Origin: a virus
IMG/VR virus record: IMGVR_UViG_3300019888_000003
Coordinates: 1 to 64,000 of that record
Reading direction: 5' to 3' (one strand)
Length of the DNA: 64,000 bases
The notes under the pieces were generated by a model. The model was given only the letters and a program-made list of their open reading frames with translations, was not told where the DNA came from and searched no databases. The position numbers and the translations under genes were made by a program. The stretch's first letter is position 1, and each line of letters begins with the position of its first letter. This document shows positions 38,457-48,106 of this stretch, one piece after another.

Positions 38457-40667
38457 ATGTCTCAGCGCGTGATGACCGAGTTCGGTCCCGGCGTGGTTGT
38501 GGCGACGGAGACAGTCCGTGGTCGAACTCAACATCGAGTCGAGGGTGAGCATTTCAATATCTGGGTGAGTGCGGCGCAGTACAGCCCTTTCGGGCAGTTG
38601 GAATGGGATCAGGGTCTTCCACAGCTTCAGGACAACTCCACGACGTTGCCCTACAACCCACAGCCACAGTTCTATCCGCACGGTGGCGAGTCGACGATTC
38701 AGCCCAATCAGCATCTCGACACTCAGAAGCGGCTCTCTCCCGCCGACTCGGTGAGCTTCGAGCCAAGGAGCCTTCCCGGTTCTGGCTCGCGCGACTTTGC
38801 CAGTTCTCGACGCACGGCGGGAGACTCCGAAATCGGGTTCGACGACAACGATGTGATCCAATTCGTGTCGCAGACCATAGACCAGTACGGCGATGGTGAC
38901 TCCGGTGACACCCAGAGCGATTGGGAGGAACTGAAGGCAGGGATGGACTACGACGAGTTGAACGGGCTCGTCAAGGACGCCTATCAGAACGGCGTGCTGA
39001 GCCAGATCAATTCGAGCCGGATGCTCTGGGACCTGGAAGCCGACGCGGGTATGGGCAGCTCGTTCTATTCCCATGTCACGGCGACCGACGAGAGTGGCGC
39101 TGCCGATACCCAGGTGGATCAGTCCTATTCCCCGACATCCACGGACGAGGACTACCCCGGAGGGATCAACGTCCCTGACGACCACGAGGTCCCAGAGAAC
39201 TTCGCTCTGGGCAGTGTGGCAGATACCCAGGCACGGCTCGGAGAGAAATATATCGACATTCCGGTCGACGTAGACCGCAGTACGCTCCAGGCCCGTCTCG
39301 ATGACGATCCTGTTCGAGTTGTGTCGGATATAAAAATGCGGAACTTCGAGGTTCGCGCGAACCTCGATCCCCGCATCGGTCAGGCTCTGGACCTGGAGGC
39401 AGCGGACTCCGTTATTCGCACGGCAGCATGGGCCGATGTACGGGCTAAGGCGACACGTCTGCGTCGTTCCGGGGCTGTACAGCTCGAAGCGGCCAATCCG
39501 ACCGCTATCGTGGCGACAGTGACGGGGGATCACGGTGTCTACACAGTCGCAGTCCTGCGTGGCAGTGCATTGACCGGAAATTCCTCGGTATCGGAGTGGA
39601 GCTGCTCCTGCCCCTGGGGGGATTGGGCCTTCGAACGCGAACATACCTACGTCGGGCGGCTGTGCAGCCACGCCTATGCGGCCCTTCAGGAGTTGCGGTC
39701 ATTGACGATGCGCAAGGAGAAGCCTCGCGACTGGTCGCATAAGGCTCAGCGCAAAACTGCTGGTGACTGGGACGACGATTGGTCCGAGCCGGGGGAGGGG
39801 TACTCCGATACCTTCGGTGACCCGTACACGGCGCTGCTGGACTTTCAGGGGTGGGCCTACGCGGTAGGCAAACCTGCCGACGAGGCAACGCTGGCCGAAT
39901 GGGCCGCGCCGAACGGTGCCGCAACCGCGAACCCCAGCGAGGCAGACCTCGCTTACATTCGCAAGGACATCGCGGGCGAGGGCGACAGCACGTGGCAGTA
40001 CAACGGTGCCCGTCATCAGGACCCCGACGCAGACCTGGCGACCAAGCCTGGAACCCTGACACCGGATCTGATGTTCGTGCCGAAGACGCACGAGCGTCGG
40101 CGGGTGGACTTGGGTGCCGACACTGGCAATTGGCGTACCTATGCCCGCGAAGCAGGCTGGGACTTGGGTGAGGTCGAGGCACTGGTCAAGCACGCCATTC
40201 AGCCGGGAGGTCTGAGCTGGGAGGAGGTCGACGAATTGCTTCAGCAGTGCAAGGCCAACGGTACCGATCTCGGTGATGTCTACGACCGGGTGGCGTTTCT
40301 GTCCGAGCCCTTCGAGGGCTCCGGCTCCAATCAGCCGGACGGCTACGAGTCCAGCGAGAGCTACGTCGACAGCCACGAACTCCAGTATCGCGACGATATT
40401 GACGGGCCGGGGCTCAACCCTGCTGCACAGAACGCCGACGATGTGGTGCTATCCAACAGCCACGAGGCCGCTCTTGGCTATTTGCTGGAGAACAACGATT
40501 CTTCTGGTTCCAGTGATATAGCCGATGCCGCTGCTGCGTTCCTTCAGCGCACGGCGGGTCGGAGTTTCACCCTGTCCGAACAGCAGGAGTTGATGGACGA
40601 GGACGCGGTTGGTGGTCCCATCGAGGCGTCGGATCTGGATCTACGCGGAACTCACTACCTGTCGTGA
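38457..40667 (+). CDS. head-module cassette protein with SWIM zinc finger
   Basis: WSCSCPWG..R.CSH; RRTA/RKTA/RTA-delimited segments; LDLRGTHYL end. Confidence 0.8.
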   Translation: MSQRVMTEFGPGVVVATETVRGRTQHRVEGEHFNIWVSAAQYSPFGQLEWDQGLPQLQDNSTTLPYNPQPQFYPHGGESTIQPNQHLDTQKRLSPADSVSFEPRSLPGSGSRDFASSRRTAGDSEIGFDDNDVIQFVSQTIDQYGDGDSGDTQSDWEELKAGMDYDELNGLVKDAYQNGVLSQINSSRMLWDLEADAGMGSSFYSHVTATDESGAADTQVDQSYSPTSTDEDYPGGINVPDDHEVPENFALGSVADTQARLGEKYIDIPVDVDRSTLQARLDDDPVRVVSDIKMRNFEVRANLDPRIGQALDLEAADSVIRTAAWADVRAKATRLRRSGAVQLEAANPTAIVATVTGDHGVYTVAVLRGSALTGNSSVSEWSCSCPWGDWAFEREHTYVGRLCSHAYAALQELRSLTMRKEKPRDWSHKAQRKTAGDWDDDWSEPGEGYSDTFGDPYTALLDFQGWAYAVGKPADEATLAEWAAPNGAATANPSEADLAYIRKDIAGEGDSTWQYNGARHQDPDADLATKPGTLTPDLMFVPKTHERRRVDLGADTGNWRTYAREAGWDLGEVEALVKHAIQPGGLSWEEVDELLQQCKANGTDLGDVYDRVAFLSEPFEGSGSNQPDGYESSESYVDSHELQYRDDIDGPGLNPAAQNADDVVLSNSHEAALGYLLENNDSSGSSDIADAAAAFLQRTAGRSFTLSEQQELMDEDAVGGPIEASDLDLRGTHYLS

Positions 40668-40718
40668 CCTGTGGAAGGTCGTGTGTTGTAGCGACAAGAA
40701 GTGTAGGAAGGGGATCGC

Positions 40719-43700
40719 GTGAGCTTGAACAAGATCGCTGAGCTGTACGACGGCGAAGACGGATCGGTCAAGCAATCTGCCAGCACCATTCAGGGCGCTG
40801 TCGATCTCGTAGCACAGTGGCAGTCGTTCCCAGATACCGCGATCCTGGCCGATTTCACTCCACGCGAGGGCTATATCTACACGGTGACGCGCGCTATCTC
40901 TGCACGTGTCAACCAGAACTTCGACGGGTTTCCCTCCGAGGAGTTGCACAAGAGCTACGCCTCGTTCCTGGGCAAGCCGTGTTTCGTCAACCACGCCAAC
41001 CACGACCCGCAGCGTGCTCGTGGACGAGTGGTGGCTGCCAGATACGTCGAGAACGGTCTGGACAAATACGTCGATGTCATTCAGGAGATCAGTGCCGTCA
41101 AATATCCGAAGCTTGCCAAAGAGCTTCTGGACGGTGGCCTGGATTCGGTGTCGATGGGGTGTGAGGCGCAACGAACGATCTGTTCGTTCTGTGGCAACGA
41201 GGCCACAGGCATGTTCGATATGTGCGCCCACATACTCAACGCCAAGGGACGCTACCTTCGCCGTAAGGCCGCCAACGGTGGCATGGAGGACGTGCTCGTC
41301 TACGAGGAGTGCCGCGATCTCAGTTTCTTCGAGCTGAGCTACGTGTTCGATCCCGCCGACGAGACGGCTGTGGTGTCGACGGTGCTCACGGCTAATCGCA
41401 AGACAGCGTTCCCCAAGACCCAGAAATGTAAATTTTGCGCTGACCATGCCACCCAGCGCGTGATTCATTCCGAGGGTATGGCTTATGTCCCGGCGTGTGA
41501 CAAGCACTTGACGAAGGCCAGGAACGCTGCCGCGAGTTGCACTCCGGACGGCAGTCACGACGAATCCAACATCGACCGTGTGGAAGCAATTGCCAAGCAC
41601 GCCAAGCTTATTCAGCGCGTGTGGTGTGATCTTCCGGGCTGTCGCCGCTGGACCGTCTACAACTCCGACACATACAACGAGTGGGTCAACGGTCACGGTG
41701 AGCTGCGCACCTACGACTACTGCTGTGAGGGACATCGCCAGCAGTACGAGGATCAATACCCCAGTTGGGCGTTCGAGGCGCGCATTCGCAATCCGCACAA
41801 GGCGCAAGCAATGGAGAAGCACGGCTTCGGAGAGGTAGAAGCGCCCACTCCTGTGGATACGTTGCGTGACGAGTCCGAGGACGAGAAGGACGATTTCCAT
41901 CGTTACGTCGAATCCCCTCCCGAGCTGAACGAGCCGGATCTGGATGCCGCCGGGGAGATCGACCGTCGTCAGGAGATGCCCGAGGGATTCGAGAACTTCG
42001 ACGACGAGGTGTTCGACACCGTCGACGAAGGGGTGAGCCCCGATGCCACTGCGCCGGATGCTCCTGGTGAGCTACCCGGTGTCCCTCCGGGGTCCCCTGG
42101 TGGTGTGGGCACCCCTCCGACCATCCCCCGTCCCGGACCAGGAGAAGCACCGCTGGGCGACGTGCCAGGTGAGAATGCTGCACCGCTGCCTGGCGAAGAA
42201 GCATTGCCCAGTGCCGATGCGTTGCCGGGTGTGCCCGAGGACGTGATGGAAGACCCCGGTGACGCCGAGGAGGAGATTCACCCCGAGATTTTGGAGCTGG
42301 ACGGTGTCACTCCCGAGAGCACCCCTCCTGAAGACATTCCCGACGAGGTAGCCCCTGAGGTGGCACCCGTAGGTCCTGCACCTGAGGATGCCGTTCCTGT
42401 CGACGAGGTGATGCAGGACCCCGGTGATCCCTCACCCCCCGTTCCGGGTGTGGATGCCCCGACGCCCAAGGACATCGTGCCCGCCGACGACGTGTCCGAC
42501 GATGTCCCGGTCGCTCCTGTCGAGCCACCTGTACCGCCCGTTGCGGAAGAGGCACCCCAGCCCGACACTGCGGACACCCCAGATGTTCCTGTCGACCCCA
42601 CCGACACGGTGGACCCCAAGACTCCGGCGACTCCGGCTGTGCCACCTACGCCGGATGTCGATGACGATGTGATGAAAGATCCCGGCGATGCCTCTCCCGA
42701 TGCACCCGGCGATGCTCCCCCTGATGTCTCTCCCGAGGTGCCGCCCGAGGACGTGCACCCCGAGATAGAGCAGCTCGAACTTCTGCCGGGGGTAGTGCCT
42801 CCGCCAGAACCCGAGTCCGACGAACAACATCGTTCTGAGGACGACTCCCGAAGTAATGAACAGAGCACGACCCCCACGAAAGGACGACGCAACATGGGAA
42901 CCAACTCTCTGGCAGAGCGCGGGAGGGTTGCTTCCCGTGGCCGCGTAGCCGATCAGAGCCGTAATGACCAGGGTGAGAAGGAAGACACCTTCATCACCCA
43001 GACCCCACCCCCGGAGCCTGTGGTCGCGCCCAACGAGGACGGGCCGATCTCCAACACCGAAGAGAACTTGGTGGCAAGCATTCGTGCTCGCCAACGGGCG
43101 CTCAAGGAATTGCGCGCCAAGAAGGCTCGTCGCAAGCAGGCCGATGAGACCGCTGACGTCGTGAACCCGGAACTCTCGGGCACAGGCGATCAGGATCTCA
43201 AGGGCGACTTCGAATCCGCCGATCCCGATGACGGTGTCGAAGAGACTCAGCCCAAGGACGCTGCTCGTCACGCAGCGCTTGTCAAGCGCTATCGCCATTT
43301 CTCGGCGTGGTGCCGTGCGACGCAGGGCAAGTCCATCCGCGAAGCTCGTCATGCGGGAGAGCTGCGCCGTTGGGCTCGCAGCTATGCCGGAGAGTTCAAG
43401 ATCGACCCGGCGACCATTTATCCGATGCTCAGTCGCGACATGACGGCACTACGCAAGAAGGCAGCCGATGAAGGTGTGTCGGCTCCCGTCAAAGCCGATC
43501 CCGCCGCCGTGAAAGACGAGATCACGTCGTCCACGCGCAAGACTGCCGGGGACGATGATCTGCCGGACTTCCTCAAGGATGACGAGGACAAGAAGGAATC
43601 TCGTCGCAAGCAGTCCGGTGAAGTTCCCGATGCCTTCAAGGATCAGTGGGACAGCGATGATGGAGACGATTCCGGGGACGAGGACGACAAGAAGGAATCG

Positions 43701-44234
43701 GCTCGCAAGACCGCAGACGACAAGCTGGATGTCGCAGCTCCTGACGGTCGCGTCGATGTCGAGGCCCCGACCTCCGACACCACCGACGACGAGGCGCAGG
43801 CCTCTCAGTTCGACACCGGAGACTTCGGTGACAATGCCGGAGACGATCTCGCCGACCCGGATATGAGTACCGATCAAAACTGGGCACCGGGTGAGGGAAA
43901 GAAATCCTCACGTGCCAAGACCGCCACTGGGCTCCAGGCTGTTCGTCTGGCCGAGGCCTACATCGAGGCGGGATTGGAGCCCAAGGAAGCGCGCTGGAAA
44001 CTGGCCACATCGTTCCAAGAGATGAGCCAGCCGATCGTGCTGGACCGTATTGCCCTTCTGGAACGCGTCGCAGCTGTGCGCGTTACGGAGAGGAAGACTG
44101 CCGGAGTTCGCGGGTCTTCACGCATCACCAACGCTGTACCCGCCAATTTGGGACGCCAGACTGCCACCACCATGCCGCGCGAAGCGGCCAACGGTGCTGG
44201 TGTCGGCAATCCCGATTCCGACATGTTCCTCTGA
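40719..44234 (+). CDS. prohead (capsid maturation) protease fused to Pro/acidic linker and scaffold
   Basis: NQNFDGF, FVNH, VSMGC..CSFCG..CAH, FFELSYV.DPADETA; directly upstream of capsid genes. Confidence 0.85.
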   Translation: MSLNKIAELYDGEDGSVKQSASTIQGAVDLVAQWQSFPDTAILADFTPREGYIYTVTRAISARVNQNFDGFPSEELHKSYASFLGKPCFVNHANHDPQRARGRVVAARYVENGLDKYVDVIQEISAVKYPKLAKELLDGGLDSVSMGCEAQRTICSFCGNEATGMFDMCAHILNAKGRYLRRKAANGGMEDVLVYEECRDLSFFELSYVFDPADETAVVSTVLTANRKTAFPKTQKCKFCADHATQRVIHSEGMAYVPACDKHLTKARNAAASCTPDGSHDESNIDRVEAIAKHAKLIQRVWCDLPGCRRWTVYNSDTYNEWVNGHGELRTYDYCCEGHRQQYEDQYPSWAFEARIRNPHKAQAMEKHGFGEVEAPTPVDTLRDESEDEKDDFHRYVESPPELNEPDLDAAGEIDRRQEMPEGFENFDDEVFDTVDEGVSPDATAPDAPGELPGVPPGSPGGVGTPPTIPRPGPGEAPLGDVPGENAAPLPGEEALPSADALPGVPEDVMEDPGDAEEEIHPEILELDGVTPESTPPEDIPDEVAPEVAPVGPAPEDAVPVDEVMQDPGDPSPPVPGVDAPTPKDIVPADDVSDDVPVAPVEPPVPPVAEEAPQPDTADTPDVPVDPTDTVDPKTPATPAVPPTPDVDDDVMKDPGDASPDAPGDAPPDVSPEVPPEDVHPEIEQLELLPGVVPPPEPESDEQHRSEDDSRSNEQSTTPTKGRRNMGTNSLAERGRVASRGRVADQSRNDQGEKEDTFITQTPPPEPVVAPNEDGPISNTEENLVASIRARQRALKELRAKKARRKQADETADVVNPELSGTGDQDLKGDFESADPDDGVEETQPKDAARHAALVKRYRHFSAWCRATQGKSIREARHAGELRRWARSYAGEFKIDPATIYPMLSRDMTALRKKAADEGVSAPVKADPAAVKDEITSSTRKTAGDDDLPDFLKDDEDKKESRRKQSGEVPDAFKDQWDSDDGDDSGDEDDKKESARKTADDKLDVAAPDGRVDVEAPTSDTTDDEAQASQFDTGDFGDNAGDDLADPDMSTDQNWAPGEGKKSSRAKTATGLQAVRLAEAYIEAGLEPKEARWKLATSFQEMSQPIVLDRIALLERVAAVRVTERKTAGVRGSSRITNAVPANLGRQTATTMPREAANGAGVGNPDSDMFL

Positions 44235-44260
44235 TCATCAGAAGGGAAGTGAAATAGACC

Positions 44261-44761
44261 ATGTTCAAAGTCCCCCTAAGTAATCCGTCGCTCAAGCGAA
44301 CCATTCGTCCGCTCTATGCGCAGCATCAGGCAACACCCCAGGGTGCATTCCTCGACCCCAACTGGGATCGCTCCATCGACATCTACCCCGGCTCGGTCAT
44401 GACACGATTGACCAAGGAGGTGTTCGGCCTCTACACCGCAGCGGCGGGACAGAAGCCCTACGGTCTTTCTGCGTTCTTCGTCGCTCCAACGCTTGGCGTG
44501 GACGAAGTCATCGACACCGGCTCCAACCTGTTCGCGGTGTGGGTCGGCAATGCTGACGCACAGTTCGAGATCCTCGCCCCGGCTTTCGACGCCACTGGGG
44601 ATTGGTCTCTGCCGACGAACGGTTCGATCAAGCTGCTCACCGGCAGTGCGACCGGACTCCTGACACCTACGGGTGCCACTGCCGCCAATGCCATCGCGGA
44701 GTTGATCGACGTCCCGTCAACGGACAAGATCGTCATTCGCCCAGTCCGCCCAACGGCCTGA
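44261..44761 (+). CDS. capsid decoration/cement protein
   Basis: 166-aa beta-rich protein between scaffold and major capsid. Confidence 0.7.
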   Translation: MFKVPLSNPSLKRTIRPLYAQHQATPQGAFLDPNWDRSIDIYPGSVMTRLTKEVFGLYTAAAGQKPYGLSAFFVAPTLGVDEVIDTGSNLFAVWVGNADAQFEILAPAFDATGDWSLPTNGSIKLLTGSATGLLTPTGATAANAIAELIDVPSTDKIVIRPVRPTA

Positions 44762-44777
44762 GAGTAGGAGAAATAAC

Positions 44778-45776
44778 ATGACTACTCTGGTTGCACAGGG
44801 CACCGGCCTCGGTCGCTATGCCAAGGCCTCCGACGAGTACGTACAGGAAATTGTCGCGCGCAAGACCGCGATGAAGGGCCGTACGCTCACCGCCAGCGAG
44901 AAGAAGCAGAAGCTCGCCTCGATCCTCGCGGATCGTCAGAACGGCATTCTGCGTCTGGGTCAGTCGATGATCGGCCCGATTCAGCTCCAGCTTCGTTACC
45001 AGGGCATCCTGCGTAACGTGCTGCTGGAGGACGCACTGACCCCCGGCGTACCGATCCAGTACGACGTGCTGGACGACCTGGGACAGGCGTACATCTTGCA
45101 CGGCAACGAGGGTGAAGTGAAGATCACCCCGTTCGAGGGCAAGCGTGTCGAGGTACGGCTGTTCCGTATCGCGTCCTTCCCCTCGATCAAGAAGGAGGAT
45201 CTCTACTACCTCCGTTCCAACTTGGTCGAGTACGCCCAGGACATGACCAAGCAGGCCATCATGCGGCAGGAGGACGGCAGGCTTGTCACTCTGATCGAGG
45301 CTGCTGCTGCTGCTTATCGTCTGGTGGACGCCACTGCCGGATTGGGTGGTTCGCTGCCCAACGAGATCACGATCACCGGCACCACGCTGATGCCCGACGA
45401 TCTCTACACCGCTGTGACTTACACCGATACCCGCCAGTTGGACAGCTCGCGGCTCCTGTGTCACCCACAGGAATACCGCGACTTCTATCGGTGGGACATC
45501 AACACGACTGGTTGGGCCTTCAAGGATTCCATCGTGGCGGGCGAGAAGGTCGTCCAGTTCGGTGAGTTCCAGATCGGCAAGTCGATCATGATTCCGCGTG
45601 GCACCGTCTACCTCACCCCGGAGCCGCAGTTCTTGGGCGTGTTCCCGGTGATGTACAGCCTGGACGTGGAGGAGAACCCCCAGGTCGAGCAGTTCCACAA
45701 GGGCTGGGTGATGGACGAGTTGGTTGGAATGGCGATCCTCAACCCCAGGGGCATCGTCATACTTCGGAAGGCGTGA
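44778..45776 (+). CDS. major capsid protein (HK97 fold)
   Basis: size, strongest codon bias, I.RQED helix, E.VGMAILNPRG end; followed by a terminator. Confidence 0.88.
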   Translation: MTTLVAQGTGLGRYAKASDEYVQEIVARKTAMKGRTLTASEKKQKLASILADRQNGILRLGQSMIGPIQLQLRYQGILRNVLLEDALTPGVPIQYDVLDDLGQAYILHGNEGEVKITPFEGKRVEVRLFRIASFPSIKKEDLYYLRSNLVEYAQDMTKQAIMRQEDGRLVTLIEAAAAAYRLVDATAGLGGSLPNEITITGTTLMPDDLYTAVTYTDTRQLDSSRLLCHPQEYRDFYRWDINTTGWAFKDSIVAGEKVVQFGEFQIGKSIMIPRGTVYLTPEPQFLGVFPVMYSLDVEENPQVEQFHKGWVMDELVGMAILNPRGIVILRKA

Positions 45777-45806
45777 AAAGCCTAAAACCGCAAGTAGAAC
45801 CACTAA

Positions 45807-45837
45807 CAGAGCCCCCGTTTTCGGACGGGGGTTTCTG
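45807..45837 (+). terminator. intrinsic terminator
   Basis: CAGAGCCCCCGT-TTTCGG-ACGGGGGTTTCTG. Confidence 0.85.
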
Positions 45838-45911
45838 TATGTCTACCTGCGAGAATTGCGGGAGCTGGAGGGGTGTGCGGGGCAGGCAGCCTTTCTCTTC
45901 GCCCTGCAAGC

Positions 45912-45927
45912 GACATAAGACGTAGAT
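45912..45927 (+). promoter_or_regulatory. putative late promoter GACATAA-N3-GTAGAT
   Basis: intergenic shared motif. Confidence 0.55.
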
Positions 45928-45946
45928 CGCCTGAAAGGAACCGAAC

Positions 45947-48055
45947 ATGGCTCGCGTTCTCGTCACCGACTATTCGTTCGACCCTCACGCGGGGACGGTC
46001 ACGCTGACGGGTGTCGCCACTCCAGTCAAGGAACAGATTCGTTCGGTCTACAAGGGCACCGAGTTGATCTATTCGGCTTCGGATGCGCGCAACGCCTCGC
46101 TTGTCGGCAAGGTGCTCACTCTTCCCAAGGGTGCTGTTGGGTCGAACTTCAGTGCCTCGGACTCTTTGGTCATCATGTATGACTCCGATCCGGGGTGGGC
46201 CAGCAGCGGGACGAAGTACCTGAGGCCCGGTGGTGGCATCCCCGCGACGGACCTCGCGACGGGTGTGCAGACGTCACTCGGCAAGGCAGATGCGTCGAGT
46301 CAGGTCATTGCAGTCGCTACACCGACCGGCGTGGGCGCGACGGACAACGCGAATATTGTTGCCGCGCAGGCGGCTGCTGCTGCATTAGTCGCATCCGGCG
46401 GTAGGCCTGTAGTCCAGTTCCGGTCGGGCACGTACCAATTGACTGCTCCGATTGTTCCCGCTGCGGGAGTGTCGTATCGAGGCATCGCGCCGGTTCAGAC
46501 GCAAGCGATCGTGGCACCGGGCAGCTACTTGGCGGATGGTGAGTTCACCGTAGCGGGCGGCACCGTCCTGAAGGGCGACGGCACCTTCGCGTGCTTCCAG
46601 GCGAACCAGGCCGACCTCTCCTCTCCCGCTTCGACTCTCGGGCAGACCCAGATCAGCACTGTCGACATCAACGGTTTCGCGATCGACACCTTCACTTACG
46701 GTCTGCGCATCGGTGCCAAGAACGTCATGGGCCTGGTGTGGTCCAAGTTGGATCAGCTGTACATCAAGAACTGCTCCGTCTGGGGCGTGTATTTGATCAA
46801 CTTCGTTCATATGGATATTGGAAAAATCGAGACCGTCCTCTGCCAGAACGGCATGTATTTCGCGAATAAGATGGACGCCAACACCTACCAGTCCGGCAAC
46901 TCAAATTTTCAGGAGCTGTACCACCTGATCCCGCAGGACGGACGCGAACGCCGGGGGTGCCGGGGCATCGTGTTCTCGTCGCTTGCGGGCACCGGCAGCG
47001 GCACCACGTCGGCGGCGCTGAACGAACTTGAAGTCGGAAGATTGCAGGTCAACGGCTACAACCGGACACTGCTGTCGGTCGCGGCGACGTTCACCAACGC
47101 CTCCACGTCGGTGGGTGTCCCGGACGGCACCAAGTTCCTGCCGGGAATGCTGGTCAACTTCACCGCGTCGGCGAACGGGTTCACCACCCCGAATATGTAC
47201 GTCGTGAAAACCGTTGCAGGAAACGTGCTTACACTGGCAACCTCGAACACCACCGCGGCCATCGCCTCGACCGGGACCACCGGATTGACTTTGCAGAGCT
47301 ATGGTTTCCCGAACCTGGAGATCACCAGCGAAAACACCAACGCCCGTGTCGCAACCTCTCGTTTCGCGCACATCGACACAGAGGGAGTGGCAAGCGCAGG
47401 GGTCTACCTCGAAAACGTCAACCAGATCGAGATCGGGATTACTTCGAATCCGACTACCACGCTGTGCGATGTCGTGACCCGCAACGCCGCCTACAGCCGG
47501 ATCTATTCGTTGCCTGCGGTATCCACCGACTTCGATGCCAACTCCTCAGGCTCGGCGTTCTTTGGGGCACGTAAGTCCACGGTCGGGTACCCGATGCGCG
47601 GGATCTGGTTGGACACCAGCATCGGCGCGAACGCCATGTCGATCGGCAACGGGTTCAACGCCAACCCCGGTGGTGACATCATGACCAGGGCGCAAGGCTT
47701 CCTGTACCCGATGTGGGGCATGGGCGAACGTATCTTCCCGCGCGACACGTCTCTGACCTTGCAGGGCTACCAGGGTGGGGACGTCATCTTCAACGGTGCA
47801 ACCGGGCAAACGTTCACACTGCCCACCATCGTCACCGACACCACACCGGGCACCTCTCACATAGGTTGCTGGTACGACATCTGGAACGTGTCCGCCAACA
47901 CGCTGACCGTGGTCACTAATGGAACCCAGCTGTTCAACAAGGTAGCCGCGAAAACGTCCCTCACCATCGCCACGTTGACCGGGCTCAAGATCATCGCCTG
48001 CAAGGACAACTCCGGAAACCTGTTCTGGGCTGCGCGAGCGTTCACGCTCGCATGA
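45947..48055 (+). CDS. spike/fibre protein with beta-helix (depolymerase-like) domain
   Basis: D.ANI.AA..VQFRSGTYQL beta-helix cap; PGGGIPATDL..VQTSLGKAD fibre motif. Confidence 0.7.
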   Translation: MARVLVTDYSFDPHAGTVTLTGVATPVKEQIRSVYKGTELIYSASDARNASLVGKVLTLPKGAVGSNFSASDSLVIMYDSDPGWASSGTKYLRPGGGIPATDLATGVQTSLGKADASSQVIAVATPTGVGATDNANIVAAQAAAAALVASGGRPVVQFRSGTYQLTAPIVPAAGVSYRGIAPVQTQAIVAPGSYLADGEFTVAGGTVLKGDGTFACFQANQADLSSPASTLGQTQISTVDINGFAIDTFTYGLRIGAKNVMGLVWSKLDQLYIKNCSVWGVYLINFVHMDIGKIETVLCQNGMYFANKMDANTYQSGNSNFQELYHLIPQDGRERRGCRGIVFSSLAGTGSGTTSAALNELEVGRLQVNGYNRTLLSVAATFTNASTSVGVPDGTKFLPGMLVNFTASANGFTTPNMYVVKTVAGNVLTLATSNTTAAIASTGTTGLTLQSYGFPNLEITSENTNARVATSRFAHIDTEGVASAGVYLENVNQIEIGITSNPTTTLCDVVTRNAAYSRIYSLPAVSTDFDANSSGSAFFGARKSTVGYPMRGIWLDTSIGANAMSIGNGFNANPGGDIMTRAQGFLYPMWGMGERIFPRDTSLTLQGYQGGDVIFNGATGQTFTLPTIVTDTTPGTSHIGCWYDIWNVSANTLTVVTNGTQLFNKVAAKTSLTIATLTGLKIIACKDNSGNLFWAARAFTLA

Positions 48056-48106
48056 TGCCGACGACGGACGCGACGTGCTCGTATTCCGCCATGCGTTAGG
48101 GAAGAC

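Noticed and set aside
37524-39671. 715-aa minus-strand ORF and similar long antisense ORFs (e.g. 35928-37196, 40641-41900, 54063-55331, 23675-24994)
   Set aside because: Shadow frames of GC3-biased plus-strand genes; no motifs or RBS
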